Assembly: GCA_904063045.1 (NCBI GenBank)
Contig: CAJFCJ010000020.1
Span: forward strand, 1,170,916 to 1,234,915
Length of the DNA: 64,000 nt
From: Dimorphilus gyrociliatus
Taxonomy: Eukaryota > Animalia > Annelida
Direction of reading: 5' to 3'
Part shown: piece after piece, positions 11,350 to 24,761 of the stretch
How the letters are laid out: every line of letters starts with the position of its first letter
Numbering within the stretch: position 1 is the stretch's first letter
Made by a program: the position numbers and the translations under genes
Notes under the pieces: model-generated
What the model saw: only the letters and a program-made list of their open reading frames with translations
Told to the model about the DNA's origin: nothing
Databases searched by the model: none

Positions 11350-12080
11350 ATGGCAGACGAGAGAACAAAAAAAACTTTAGCTCAAATTCCCCTTTTGAAA
11401 ACGAAAGCCAGTCCTAGAGATGGAGACTTGTGGAGGCAACGATTGAAAGAAGAATATCAAGCGTTGATTGAAGTGAGTTTTTAACATTTTATGACTATTT
11501 ACCTACCCATATGCTCTGAGCAATATTACAAGAAATTAGCAACTATAATACAAACGTGTCTGATAAAATAGATCAAACAGTCATAATAAAACAATACTAT
11601 CTTAAATGTTTGAAAACATGAAAAAGTCATTATTCCTATATGCAAAATAAACTAATCAAATATAAATATATTCATTTAAAGTAATTATTAATTTTTCTGT
11701 TTCAGTATGTAAACAAAAACAAGCAAGAGGACAATCACTGGTTCATGCTAGAATCTAATGAAATTGGTACTAGGTGGTTTGGAAAGTGCTGGTATATTCA
11801 CGAAATGTTGCGTTATGAATTTGATGTGGAGTTTGACATTCCTGTAACTTATCCAAGTACTGCTCCAGAAATAGCTATACCTGAATTAGATGGTAAAACA
11901 GCTAAGATGTACAGAGGAGGAAAAATCTGTTTAACAGATCACTTCAAGCCTTTATGGGCAAGAAATGTTCCTAAATTTGGAATAGCTCATGCTATGGCTT
12001 TAGGATTGGGACCTTGGCTGGCTGTAGAAATACCAGATTTAATTGAGAAGAAAATTATAGAACATAAAGAAAAAAACTAG
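11350..12080 (+). CDS. UFC1: Ufm1-conjugating enzyme 1 (exons 11350-11472, 11706-12080)
   Basis: [28 protein letters not shown]; [38 protein letters not shown]. Confidence 0.98.
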
Positions 12081-12240
12081 CATAAAAAATTAAAAAAACT
12101 TTTTTGAAATGGTTACTTGTTCAATTAAAAAATAAATAAATGAATATATTTGAAGTAATTTATTTCATGATGTATCATTTTTTAATAAAAAATAAAAAGG
12201 GGAAAAATTCCTGAAAGCTTCGATATTTCATTCTAAATGT

Positions 12241-12277
12241 ACTAGCGACATCTAGCGGTATTAAGACGCGCATGCGC
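12241..12277. promoter_or_regulatory. CTCF-like site plus NRF1-like palindrome upstream of SMC4
   Basis: GCGACATCTAGCGG (reverse complement CCGCTAGATGTCGC, close to CCRCYAGATGGCGC) at 12245-12258; GCGCATGCGC at 12268-12277. Confidence 0.5.
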
Positions 12278-12587
12278 ACTTCGACTTTTTTGAATAATAA
12301 CGGCGCTTCCATCCCACAGCCATTTCCGCTCTAAGTTTGTAATATTTTTCATAATTAGTATTTTTATAACACAATTATTGATCTGTAATTTAAAACCTCC
12401 TAATAAAAAATCATTGAAGTTAAACTTTTACCCAATCAATCTAGTTGATTTGCTTAATACTAAAAATTGATATATTTTCGCGCGGTGCTTTATGATTGTA
12501 ACTGATTCTCGTGATATTCTTAGTTGTGTATGCTATTAATTTAAGATGTAGTTACAAATATTACTTGGGTACTCTTCTATAGTAAGA

Positions 12588-15500
12588 ATGCCTTCGGACG
12601 ATGAAATTTCCAGCCGAAGGTCACCAAGCCGAAGAAGTGGGGAGTTGGACTACATGGATAGCGCAAAGTATATGCCCAAACTTGATGAAAATGGAAAATA
12701 TTGTACGTATTAATTAAAAAGGAATTCACACCATATATTGTATTTTATTTGCAGTTTATGACAAACTCGTAGCACCAGTTTTAGTTCGTTCTGTTGCTTC
12801 CTATGATGAGGGAGAACCCAGAATTGTCATCGATAGAATTATTCTGCGGAATTTTAAATCATTTCATGGTGAAAAAGTAGTTGGACCATTTAATTCGGTA
12901 TATTTTATAATAGTTATAAATATATTATCTAATATAGCTATTTCGTACAGCATATGTCTTGTATTATCGGAGCGAATGGTTCAGGAAAATCTAACACAAT
13001 AGACTCTTTGCTGTTTGTATTCGGATTCAGAGCAACAAAAACCAGAGCTAAAAATTTAGCTAGTTTAATTCATCAAAGTGCTCTTTATCCAGATGAAACT
13101 GAATGTTCAGTAACAATCAATTTCAAAAAAATCGTCGATATCTCAGTAAGTTAAAAGAAGAGTAAATCCTCAAAAATATCTTTTAACATTAAGATTTTCC
13201 TTTAGTACGAAGAATGGGAAACTGTTCCAAATTCTGATTTTAACATAACGAGGAAAGCGTTTTACACTGACGAAAGGAGGACCCAGTGTAAAAGCCAATA
13301 TTTCTATAACGGTATCCTAATTCAAGAATCATTGAGTCTTTGAGACATTCATTTGTAAATTTGTTTAGGGAACCCTGCAAATTATACCGAAATCACAAAG
13401 GCATTAAAAAGTTTTGGAATAGATCTGGAACATAATAGATTTCTTATCTTACAAGTAAGTTCACTAAAAGCTTAAAATTAAAAGTTATAAAGAAATCGTT
13501 CTTTAGGGAGAAGTTGAACAAATTGCACTTATGAAACACAAAAGTCAAAAAGAAGGGGAGGAGGGAATGTTAGAATATCTAGAAGATATTATTGGTTCGA
13601 ACCGTTACATCGAACTGACAGAAACCACGCTCAAGAGGAGAATGGTTATGGAACGTATGAGAGAACAAATGTCGGTTCAAGTTAAGAGTGCACATGAAGA
13701 AGTTGAACTTTTACAAAAAGATCGCGATGAAGCAATTCATTACTATAATATATGCAATGACTTAGTTCGACTTGATCATAAGAGATGCTGCGTTAAAATG
13801 TATAAGAAATTTTATATAGTATTTTTAAGTGCATATAATTTTACCTAAACTTTGTTGTCATCTCTTATCAGATATGCACTGAGCGCAAATCTCTCTACCG
13901 CAAATGCTGATCATCAGAAAAAGATGGAAGAGGAAGAAGCTTTCAAGAAAAAATTTCAAGAACTTTCAAACGCACTCAAAGAAAATGTCAGTGTGTTTGA
14001 AGAGATAAAAACGTACGTTTCAGATATAAATATATAAATGACGTATTCTAAACATTTTCCTCTTATCAGAAAATTGTCAGAAAAAAAAACCGAGAAGAAA
14101 AAGATTGAACAAGAATTTCAACAATTGGAAAAGCAATATGATACTATGAGAGAACAAAGGAAACATTACAAACAAGAACAGGCTAAGATGGAAAATGATT
14201 TGGAGAAAGACAAGCAGCAATTATCAAAGGTTACAGAGTCGCTACCTAGCTTCAGTCCAAAAATTACTGAGAAAAAGAACAAGAAAGAAAATATTGAAGA
14301 AAAGATCCAGTCAATCCAATCAAAAATTGATAAAGAAAATTCGAAAAATAAAAATGATTCTGAGGTAAGCGCGAATACAAACGAAAAGTTTTAATAGTTA
14401 ACTTATTTAATTTACAGATGAAAAAATTACAAGAATCACTTACGAAGAAGGAAGAGATACTTATAGAGAAAGAAAGGAAAATCACGAAATTTGAGGCAGA
14501 TTGGCGTGAGACTGAAAGTAAGATTCATGTTATGCAAAAAGACGAGGGAACTTGTAGAAAAGAGTTTGAGCAATTAAAAGAATCCTGCTTAAAGAATGAA
14601 GAACAAATTGAATTGTGTGAAAAAAAAGTTGAAGAATTCAGACCTAATTACGAGAGTATGAAGGCTGAATTTCAAAAAGATTCAAAGGAACTTCAAAATA
14701 TTCAAAATGCCAAAGTTAAATTAGAAGAAAAGGTTGTTAAATTGCATAAATTTTTAATGCGTAATATTTTTCCTTACGTTTTGTAAATGATAGATCTTAA
14801 AATTGAGGGATACAGTTGATTCTGCAAGCTCTAAGCAGAGAGCAGCTAAACAAAAAGATATCGTCAAGAGGCTTTTTGAAGAGCAAAGAAATGGTAGAGT
14901 ATCTGGCTTCTTGGGAAGAGTAGGAGATCTGGGAGGAATTGATCAGAAATATGATGTCGCGATATCAACAGCCTGCGGTGGTATGCTCGATAGGTTACTC
15001 TTTGAAACGGAAAAGGATGTCCTTGCATGCATTGCTTTTCTAAAGAAGTACAATCTGGGAAGGTATAACTTCTTATCTCTGGATAGTCAAAAGAGTCGTT
15101 GGGGACAACGGTGCAGAGAGCCATTTAAAGGGTATATTGAAGTCAAATGTTTTCTTTATTACTTACACTAATCTTAACCCGTTCATCAGACCAGACAGCA
15201 ATTTTCCAAGATTATTCGATCTAATTACTCCAATTGATGATAAATATAAACCCGTTTTCTATGCTGCAACTCATGATAGAATTGTTGCAAAAAACTTAGA
15301 CGAAGGAAAGGTTGTGGCCTTCAAAAGTTCTCGTCGATATGATGTTGCTTGTCTAACAGGCGAGCTTATTCATAGCTCCGGTAAATTTATTAAAAAGAGA
15401 TCTTAAGCTGCTTTACTTTTATTGTTTTTTTTCTCAGGTAGTATTCGCGCTGGTAGAAATTGTGGAAGAAGAGGAGCTATGGGAGAGCAGGGTATAAGTT

Positions 15501-17792
15501 CCGATGCGTCTGTTGACGTTGAAAGTATACGTGAAAGTTTAAAAGAGGTACATTACGAATTATCTATTTTTCTTCCTTTATCAGCTGTTTTAACTATACT
15601 ATATAATAGGCTGAAGAAGAGCGAAGAAACAATGCTATTCGAGAGCAACATTTAGAAGAGTCTATAAGAAGAAGACAAAATGATATGAAGAAATTAAGCC
15701 AAGAAATGTCTCGATTAACTTCCGAGCTTAATGTTATTATACAGACTAGCATAAGAATTGATTTCATTTAACATGTTTTTTAAACACATTATAGAGACAC
15801 GAAAAGATGAAAACGCTGTTGAGTGGTCAACTTACTGAGAAAGAAAAGAGATTAGAGGAGGCAACCCCTGACGAAGTTGAATTAAAAAAGCTAATGAAAG
15901 TTCGTGACAAGCAGAAAGCTGGTTTGTTATTTAACTTTTAACGAGAAATGTTAATTTTTAATTGATTCATTAAAATTGTCAGAATACGAGAGCTCGAAAG
16001 GTGAAAATAGTGGATTGAGAGAGGAAGTTGAACTGTAAGTTTGTAAATAAGAAAAACAGAAAGATACTTAAAATGTGAAATTTTATTAAATATTTTAGAA
16101 TTAAGAAAGATATTGACGAAAAAATGAATGGAGCTGCTAGAAAACTTCAAAAAGATTTGAATGAATTAAAGAAAGAATTAAAAAATATGAAAGATTCTAT
16201 CGATGTCTTAACGAAAGAAAAAAATAAAAATGAACGGTAGGTGTTACCGTTAACTCAACAAAGATAAAATAATTTAATAATTGATTATTATTTATTTAAG
16301 CTTGAGAGACAAATTAACTAAAACAACGAAAGCGCTTGAAGAAAGAATTGAAGAGTGTCGTGTAAGAAATGCTGAAATATCTGCAAAAGGAAAAGATATA
16401 GCTAACGAATGCTCTGGTTACAACGAAAGAATAAATGAATTAACGGTTCGATTTATTTTTTTAAAATTTACAATAAAACTATGATCATCCTATTATTGAC
16501 ATACTTTCATTTTACAGGAGGAAATTGAAGCAATGGAAGTTGAATATAAAAAACAAGAAAGCACAGAATCAGAGTTAAAGAAAGATTATAACGAACGTCG
16601 TATTAAACTAACAGAGATTGCCGAAATGTGTAAAAAGGCCCTCGATAAAGTCAAAAGTATCAAGAATTCAATAAAGCACTACGAAGAAGAGGTTCATATT
16701 TTCAAATTTACTTTTTCTAAGGTCTTGAGTAAACAATTATTTGTATTGCAAATAACAAATTAGAAAGAGGGACTAACTTTAGGAAAGTTACCTGATGATG
16801 AAATAGAACCCGCTTTCGAAGAGATCTCCGAGGAGGAATTGGATAGTTTAAAAGTAGAGGAAGAATTGGATGACATAAAAGTTTGCTTTCCAGTCAATTT
16901 TAAAAGCAAAATACGTATATTTACTTCGTTATATTTTTAGAATCAAAAAGAAAGCTTAGAAGTAGAGAAAGACAAATTAGACGGCCGTATAAACTTCCAG
17001 TCAATTCATAAGTATAAAGAAAAGAATACTGAATATAAAAAGATGCAAGCTCAACTTGATAATGTGGTGGACGTTCTGAACGAGCAGACTGAAGCGTTTG
17101 AAGAATTAAAAACAAAGCGACTCGACGAATTTTTGGTATTTAACCGTATATATGAATAGTAACGACCTAATTACACTATTTTCATTTTATTAGAATGGTA
17201 TCAGATGTATAAGTAACCACTTGAAACAAATGTATAAACTAATAACAAATGGCGGTGATGCTGATTTGGAATGTTCGGAGGATGATCCTTTTGTAGATGG
17301 TGTTAAATTCAAGTAAGTGGACAATTGCATATTCTTCTTAATAAATAGTACATTAAAAAATACATTTTATTTAATAGCGTGCGACCACCAAATAAAGCGT
17401 GGAAAGAAATTCTAAACTTATCTGGCGGGGAAAAAACTCTCAGTTCACTCGCTTTAGTATTTGCTTTACATATTTATCTACCAACACCGCTTTATTTTAT
17501 GGATGAAGTTGATGCTGCCCTGGATTATAAGAATGTGTCCATTATAGCAAACTACATTAGGAAGAGAACGAAAAATGCTCAATTTATCGTCATAACACTC
17601 AGACCCGAACATTTCGAACTAGCTGACAGATTAGTTGGAATTTACAAACGTAAGGACATCTCGAAGTCAGTTTCTATGAATCCAAGAGCAATAGAAAGGG
17701 CTGTTGGCGCTCAGCCTCCACCGGCTCTGAGACTTACAGTGAGTTCTTCAGCTAAATCCTCTCAACCACTTTCTCAGTTTTTGCTTCGATAG
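12588..17792 (+). CDS. SMC4: Condensin subunit SMC4, about 20 short introns
   Basis: LRNFKSF, Walker A GANGSGKSN, Q-loop FLILQGEVEQI, hinge GRVGDLGGIDQKYDVAISTAC, signature LSGGEKTLSSLALVFAL, Walker B FMDEVDAALD. Confidence 0.93.
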
Positions 17793-17890
17793 TGTTTTCT
17801 ATTATGTATTGTATTAAATGTATAAATAGACTAAGCTGTTCATAACTATACAAACTTACAGTAATCATTACATACTTTTATCACGAATGT

Positions 17891-18865
17891 TCAATGATTT
17901 AGACATAACTTCTGCATAAAATCAATATACTCGACCATTTCTGATCCAACTTTATCATATGTCAATCCAAATTTATCAAGAGAGGAACTTTCAACACCAT
18001 CGTCCTTACCCTTATATTCTTCCATAAAATTGGTTAGATTTTCCATATCGTCCACAGATATGTTCTCTTCTAGTTTCTTGTATATTTCTTGAATAGTCCC
18101 GTTTGTATCGCAATTTTTTAAATTTTCGTAATCAACGTCAATAAATCGATTTGCTAAACCTTGATCTTCAAGGAATCGCCGATTTCTTAACCCTATTCTT
18201 GAATAATCAGAAAAATGTGCTAAAACGCTCCTACCGATATGATCACTATTAATCATCCAGTCTTCTTTAAGAAAAATTTCAAGTTCTAAACAAAGCGATA
18301 AAATGCATTGATAAACATTTCTATGTATAAGTATAAAATGAGCATCGGGAAATAGTTTAACTAATATTGGTAAATAGAGAAGATGTATTGAACTGGAAGC
18401 AACAAATCTCTTTGTTCTATCTTGATCATTCCTTAGAATCATTTGTATAATTTGTTTATAATAATTATAAATATCAAACTGGTATGGTTTATCATTTAGA
18501 GTGGCTTTCATAAATTTCTTGTAAGTCAACATGTCACTAGGCGAAAAGGCGTAGACGTATTCAAAAATTAAACCCAAATGCTCAAAGATCAAGTGACATT
18601 CTTCTGGCTTATCGGCTCTCATATTCTTCATTTGACAATAATTTGAGCTTATACAAGATTTATAACAAATAATTAGCCTATTTAATTCATGATAAACTGG
18701 ATCTTTGTCTATTGCTAGACTTGTTATTTCACTATAATTTCTCAATTCATAGGCTAAAGGGACACGAAATTTCGCATTCAAACCAAATATATTATGTAAG
18801 AGGGTCGTATCAGCTTTCGGTAAACCAATAATAAATACTGGTTTTACTATTGGAATCTGTAAAGA
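17891..18865 (-). CDS. Sulfotransferase (Sulfotransfer_3/Stf-like family); 5' end unresolved
   Basis: IVKPVFIIGLPKADTTLLHNI..RVPLAYE, PEEC, SSIHLLYL..L..LFPDAHFILIHRN....ILS, FIDVDYENL; one long exon beginning at the acceptor TTACAG near 18857. Confidence 0.72.
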   Translation of the reverse strand, partial: SLQIPIVKPVFIIGLPKADTTLLHNIFGLNAKFRVPLAYELRNYSEITSLAIDKDPVYHELNRLIICYKSCISSNYCQMKNMRADKPEECHLIFEHLGLIFEYVYAFSPSDMLTYKKFMKATLNDKPYQFDIYNYYKQIIQMILRNDQDRTKRFVASSSIHLLYLPILVKLFPDAHFILIHRNVYQCILSLCLELEIFLKEDWMINSDHIGRSVLAHFSDYSRIGLRNRRFLEDQGLANRFIDVDYENLKNCDTNGTIQEIYKKLEENISVDDMENLTNFMEEYKGKDDGVESSSLDKFGLTYDKVGSEMVEYIDFMQKLCLNH

Positions 18866-19340
18866 CAAAAATATACATATACATATATATTTGAAAAAGA
18901 CAAACTATACAAACTTTGTAATATATTACTGATTTAATACGATAATTATACGTCTTTACGAATAAACCCAATATTTAAATAATAACTTTTTCAAGTATCA
19001 ACGATGAATAGTTACTATTTTCCCGCTTTTTTAAATAAAAGTATAAATAAGCTATTCGAAGACTTTCAGATATTCAATATAATATGATTGAGTGAGTCGT
19101 TTAATACGCCCTGCGTTAAGGCCCAAACCTTTCTTATATTCCATTTATTCAAGGCTGTTTAGCATATTGAATATAGTTGAAAAGGTGTCCGAAGGTGCGT
19201 ATAGCAGTTGCCATCGGGCGTGTCTTCCGCCTTGAAAAACCCTACTCTAAAACTTTCTCAACTCATTTCGACTTTATCTACAATTTAACATTGTTTTTCT
19301 TCTCAATTAAATAAAGGGAGAAGGATAAAAGAATAAAAAA

Positions 19341-22300
19341 ATGGCGTTAAAAATTATATGTATTATCTCCATGCTGTCAGTTTATTTATGTTTAGTTCAA
19401 TCAGCGAAAATAAGTGAACATGAATTCGGTTGTCAAATAAGGAAAGAAAAAACTATGACAACAAGAGTGGAGAATGATTTTAAGGATGAGATAGATAATT
19501 GGCAAGCCATCTTACTATTAATATTTTATGGAATTTTCGGTATATTTATCTGTCTAATCTACAAAATATTTAGGTTAGTAATATTTCGTATATTAATATA
19601 AATATGTATCTAGTTAGGTATGTATTTATATAGATATTAATGATAGATATGCTAATTAGTTGATAAATATGTTTGTCAATAGCTTTTCATACTTCGTTAG
19701 TAATGCGGTTAGGGAAAGGAAGAATAACTTTTTATTGATACTATATCATTCTTACTCTATTTAAGCTTTAGTTATAAAATTAACAAGTAATTAAGTTAAA
19801 AATTTATAACAATTAGTAATATTTCTAAATGGAAAATCTATCATAATATATGGTCTGGTATCAATTAAGGTTGTATACATGTGGGCGGTGGTCTTTACCC
19901 CCCTCCCCTCCCCGCCTTATTCTTATTACTCATACTACAAAAATTTTTCCTAGAACTTCCGTTAAATTAAATAATATTATGAAACAACGATTCCTTTGAT
20001 TATTTTACAATAGATACTTAATTAATTAACAAGCTTATCTATGTACATTAATTTTTCAGAACTTATATATATTTTGATGCGTATCTCCTTGACACTTATT
20101 TCGATGCTGGAGGCGATATGAACATCGGTTTAGTTGCTATTGGAGTTATTGCAAGATTATTACTCCCAACATCTTTTACGAAGGCAGCTGCGGACACAGC
20201 TACGGTAAATAATTCAACAAGCCTACAATCCAGACTTTTTGTTAATTAGTTGTATTTATTTTATAATTTTTTATATAGTACGGTATTGCTGGTCAATTCT
20301 GGCATGCTGTTGGTTCTACAATCGGTGTATTTCTATTTGCCATAGTAGTTGCAGAGATTAGAATAAAGGCTCCAGGAGCTAAAACCTTCTTACAGGTAAA
20401 ATGAATCAATTTACAGTATATCTAATGATGAAAATATTGAAATGTTAACGGATAGTAATGCCTAAATATCTTTAAAAGGTTATCAAAAAAAGATTCGGAA
20501 CTCCAGCCCATATAACACTAATGATTTTTGCTGTTTTGGCTAATGTTCTTATTATGGGAGCAGTCTGCAAAGAAGGAATGGGAATTATCGGTGCTCAAAG
20601 TGACGGTAAATTTATAAATAATTTAATAATTGGATAAAATTGAAGATATAATAATTATAAACATGATCTAGGATTAACGGGATATCCAATAGCAGTGATT
20701 GTTGCTATAGTCGTTGCACTAATAACTATCTTTGGCGGTGTTGGTGGAACTTTCTACTTGGCTTATTTCTCTGTTGGATTATTCTTTATTTTACAATTTA
20801 TTTTGTACACTAATCTTTTCTACCATAAGTTGGATAAGAACGGCTTTTCACACTCCGGAGATAGAGAGAGTAAGATTTAAAATTATAATACAGTATCTAA
20901 ATAATCTCTTTTACCCAATTAAACAATATAGAAATATACAATTTAACGAATTCAATAAGAGTAGCTGAAAATGTATCGAAGAATAGAGAATGTTCCTATT
21001 TGACATTTATTACTCCCGATGCTGTTTATGTCGGAGCTGTTGAAATTTTAAGTAAGTACATAAAAAACGCATAAAAAATATACAAAAAGTAGGAAAGATA
21101 CTAAGAACCCCCGCCAATGATAATAACAAGAAAAACTCTACAATTTTTTCCTATCTTACAGCTTCAATAGCGTTAATATTCGTTAACCAGAGCTTTTGGC
21201 AGGCGGGTATCTCTGCTAAACCACAACAAGGTAAGACATATTTTACTGTACTTTCTATTTTCAATATTAAAATACTACCTCTTTTCACTTTACAAAATAA
21301 CAATATTTCACATATTTATTGTATAAATAGGCGTATGGAGTTTTATTTTGGGCGGACTTTGTTATTTCCCCATTCCATTCATGACCGGATTAACTTTTGG
21401 AGTTCATTACTTAGCTTCAGAAGGTAAAATACTAAGTACTTCGGATATTAGAGATGGTTTTCTCGGAGCCTATTCTGCTCATAAGATGCTCAATAACACT
21501 GGAGACTTTATATTCTTTGTAATGACAATGCTATCTGTTACCTACATCTGTGCTACTCAAATCCTCAGTTTGTCATCGATAATTTGCTACGATTTCTACA
21601 TGACGTATATAGCTTCTTTTAAATCACGTAAAACGAACGAAGATCAATCAGTAAGGCTTTTCTAAGATGATAAATAACCTTTTTTCCGTCTGAAATCATA
21701 AATTATATAAGCACTTATCAACAGATGAAAACAAGAAATGTGATAAAGAACGAAGAATTTACTCATTATGACAAACGATGCGTAACAGTCAAGCACGTTG
21801 TTGTACTTAGCTGCTCAATTTGTCTTCTAATAGTCTCTCTAATTTTAAATGCTATTGAAGTGGATCTACCCTGGATGCTTCAATTTACAGCCTTGATAAC
21901 AGGGTCTTGCGTCATTCCCATAGCTCTTTCTATAACTTGGCATAGAATTACTGGTAGTGGAGTTATTTCTGGCGTATTTGGTGGATTGGTCATAGGCATT
22001 GCTGTTTGGTTGGGTTACGCGGCGGGTGAAGGAAATTCAGAGAAGGGATTTAATTTCAGAGACGATACCGGTCATCCCATAAGTATGACAATAGGTTTAG
22101 TAACAACGATTATCAGTGGAGGAATCATATGCGTCGCTGTCAGTTTACCTTGCGGTGGATGTGATAAGAATTTATCTGAGGAGCAAACTTGGGAGAAAAC
22201 ACGTCAGGTATGTTTCCTAATTAGTTAAATTTTTTAATTTTATTATTGTTAGTTAGCTATAAAAATAAATCCGTTTATAGTTGGATAATCCTATAATGCC

Positions 22301-23245
22301 ATGGTCAGTAAAGTATGCTCCAAATATCAAGAAAGCTCAATTAGGAAGACAAAATAGACCTCATTTCTTCACCGTCAGAAGAACTTTTAAGTGGAGTGAG
22401 TACATTTCCTACATTCTCGGAGTCTTCCTAACTGTTATGGCTGTACTTGTTTGGCCAGCTGGTAAATATTATCAATATAATCAGATATCTTTTAATGTTC
22501 TAATTCAATGTTTCCTTCTCCTTCCAGCTATGCTTACTGCTAGAGTTTTCAGCTTCAATGTTTTTGAAAACTGGCTTTGTCTTGGACTGATTTGGGGTAT
22601 AATAGCCCTGATTTTCATTCTTCTGGTACCTCTACTATGGGAGATTTTATTGGTATGTTCCACAATCCGTTTAACACTCTCCAAAATTTGGCTATATTTT
22701 CTTTTAAAATAGCTCTGCAGACAAGCCTACTACAATCGTAAATGGGAGGATGACGACAAGAAACAATTGCAAGATACAGAAGCACAATCTACTCGTACTC
22801 CATCCGATATTGATGCAGACTCCAACAAAAACGTACCTGTTCAAACCAACTTGAATAATGACAACACAACGCTTTCTACTAAAAGGCAAAGTAAAACTGA
22901 GGTGGGCAAATGCTTAAAATATTTTAAAATACGAATTTAAGTCTATCTAGTATTTATATTATTTACTTAACAATTGTAAATAATCTCTAGATATATAAGG
23001 AAAAGACGGAAATCTCTGAAGTAAAACAAACAAGAACCTCCTTTATTGGCGAAGTCAATCAAGGATTTGCCGCTGAACAAACCGAATCAGAAATAGCCTC
23101 AAGAACATCTACACTAGGTTTGGTTCAAAAAAAATATGTGTATAAAGTATTAATTATCACTAAAACTTCGATTTTAGGTCGAGAGTCAGCAACCGGAACT
23201 GGTACAAAGGGACAAAGATGGAGAACATTTATTCATTTAAATTAA
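19341..23245 (+). CDS. DUR3-like sodium:solute symporter-family transporter with N-terminal signal peptide, multi-exon
   Basis: YFDAGGD, YGIAGQFWHAVG, EIRIKAPGAKTFLQVIKKRFG..AH, FGGVGGTFY, VIPIALSITW, WSEYI..LG...V..VLVWP all align to DUR3-type SSS transporters; final exon 23178-23245. Confidence 0.85.
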
Positions 23246-23580
23246 ACTATATATATATATTTATACTATCTTCATGTAATTTATAATTATATGCTATTTT
23301 ACTACCAGCTTTATAAGAGTTTTTACTGCTTTTCTATCAAAAAAAAAATATTATCTACAATAGCATTAAAAGAGTAAAAAGATAAAAAGTGTTTGATCCA
23401 CCAAGCAATCAACATATCAATCGTCTTAAATTAATGTTCTTTTTTTGCTTTTTTTAATGAAATGAGATTGATTTTGTTCAAATTTTTAAAATAGTTTTTG
23501 AATATAACTTTGGGTACTTGTATATATACTAAATAAACTGTAATATATGTACTGTATAGACTTATTTTTTGTTTATACAG

Positions 23581-24433
23581 TTAGAAAAGTAACATACTTT
23601 GACTCATTATCTTTTTTAAATATACTTGTATAGAATTTTCCTTAAAATACTTGAAAGTTTTGTCTTACCTTAAAAATAGAAGGATCTTCAAGTATTAACT
23701 TATTCATTAATAAACGTTGTTTAATTACTCTTCTTATATTATATTTTATTCCTTCTCGAAATCTTACTGGTGCTTTACTTTTAACTAGTCGAATTTCATT
23801 TATAATTTTCTTTTGATTTTCCAAAAAAACATCCGAATTCGCACCTTTTTGATCCTAAATTTTGAAGAAATAATTTAATATTCTTAATATTTAACTATAT
23901 TTATCTATTTATTTGACTTGAAAATAATCAACACGTGCTAAATCGATAGATTTATCAACTTTATAAAAGTTTTGCAAGTTATTTGTTTACGAGTTTTTTA
24001 AAGCAGACCTATGTATTGAAATCGATACCTTTTTATCGAATGACGATAGAATATCGTCCCAAGTTAAAGGATTGATTATTAGTCCGAATTGTTCACAAAA
24101 TCTCCCAAACCAATTAATAACAGATAGTTTTATCTTTATAAGCAAAATTTTCCAAAATGACAACTCTATATCCATTTCAGAGCTTTTGATCTGCCAAGAG
24201 AGTAGTTGTAGAGATAATCATATAGCCGTAGTCCTACTGTCAAGATACGAGACAATAACAGACAATAATAATAGTAAAATTATCCAATTTCTTTCCTTAA
24301 GGCAAAATACTCATACCCAAATTTTAAAATTTATGAAACCTGGTGAATTTAAGCGCCATCTAGTTTGATATTGTAATAATTTACGTTTAATAAAGTACTC
24401 TTGAAGTCGTTTGGTAGTAATAATAATGTCATT
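23581..24433 (-). CDS. Putative orphan multi-exon gene (~170 aa; start not found)
   Basis: Four phase-0 GT-AG-joined open segments: NDIIITTKRLQEYF...INFKIW | IKSSEMDIELSFW...SFDKK | DQKGANSD...DPSIFK | IMSQSMLLF*; no recognisable domain. Confidence 0.35.
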
Positions 24434-24761
24434 CTAACAAAAAAGATGAAGAGTGTATGTTGAGGACTCAACTAACTTAAACAATTCCATTTGTATTTAT
24501 ATCTAAATATGTTTATATTCTATATAATATTCTATATTATTTCTGAGAAATGTTGTAGAAGAGATTTTTTCAAGACAACTATAAAGCTATTTTCAACCTA
24601 TATCTCTGACAGTATTTAGTTTTTAATAAAATTAGAAGTTCCCGCCGATTGTCCCTACCAGTTTTCACAAAATGGTTACAAAAGCGAAATATTCGAAATA
24701 ACTAATATGAAAGACTGAATAATTATTTTTTGAGCAACTTCACTAATCATATAATGCTAGT

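Noticed and set aside
13312-13368. SMC4 donor GTATCCTA resembling a U12-type 5' splice site
   Set aside because: Deviates from GTATCCTT and has no TCCTTAAC-like branch point; treated as an ordinary U2 intron
13147-16940. Short donor-proximal stems in SMC4 introns (e.g. GTTAAAAGA/TCTTTTAAC at 13147-13205; TTTGCTTT/AAAGCAAA near 16880)
   Set aside because: 8-9 bp AT-rich matches are expected by chance across ~20 introns, and the geometry differs from the COA7 case
4505-19920. G/C-run clusters at about 4508-4535, 7225-7260 and 19880-19916 as G-quadruplexes
   Set aside because: Lack four clean G3 tracts; no supporting context
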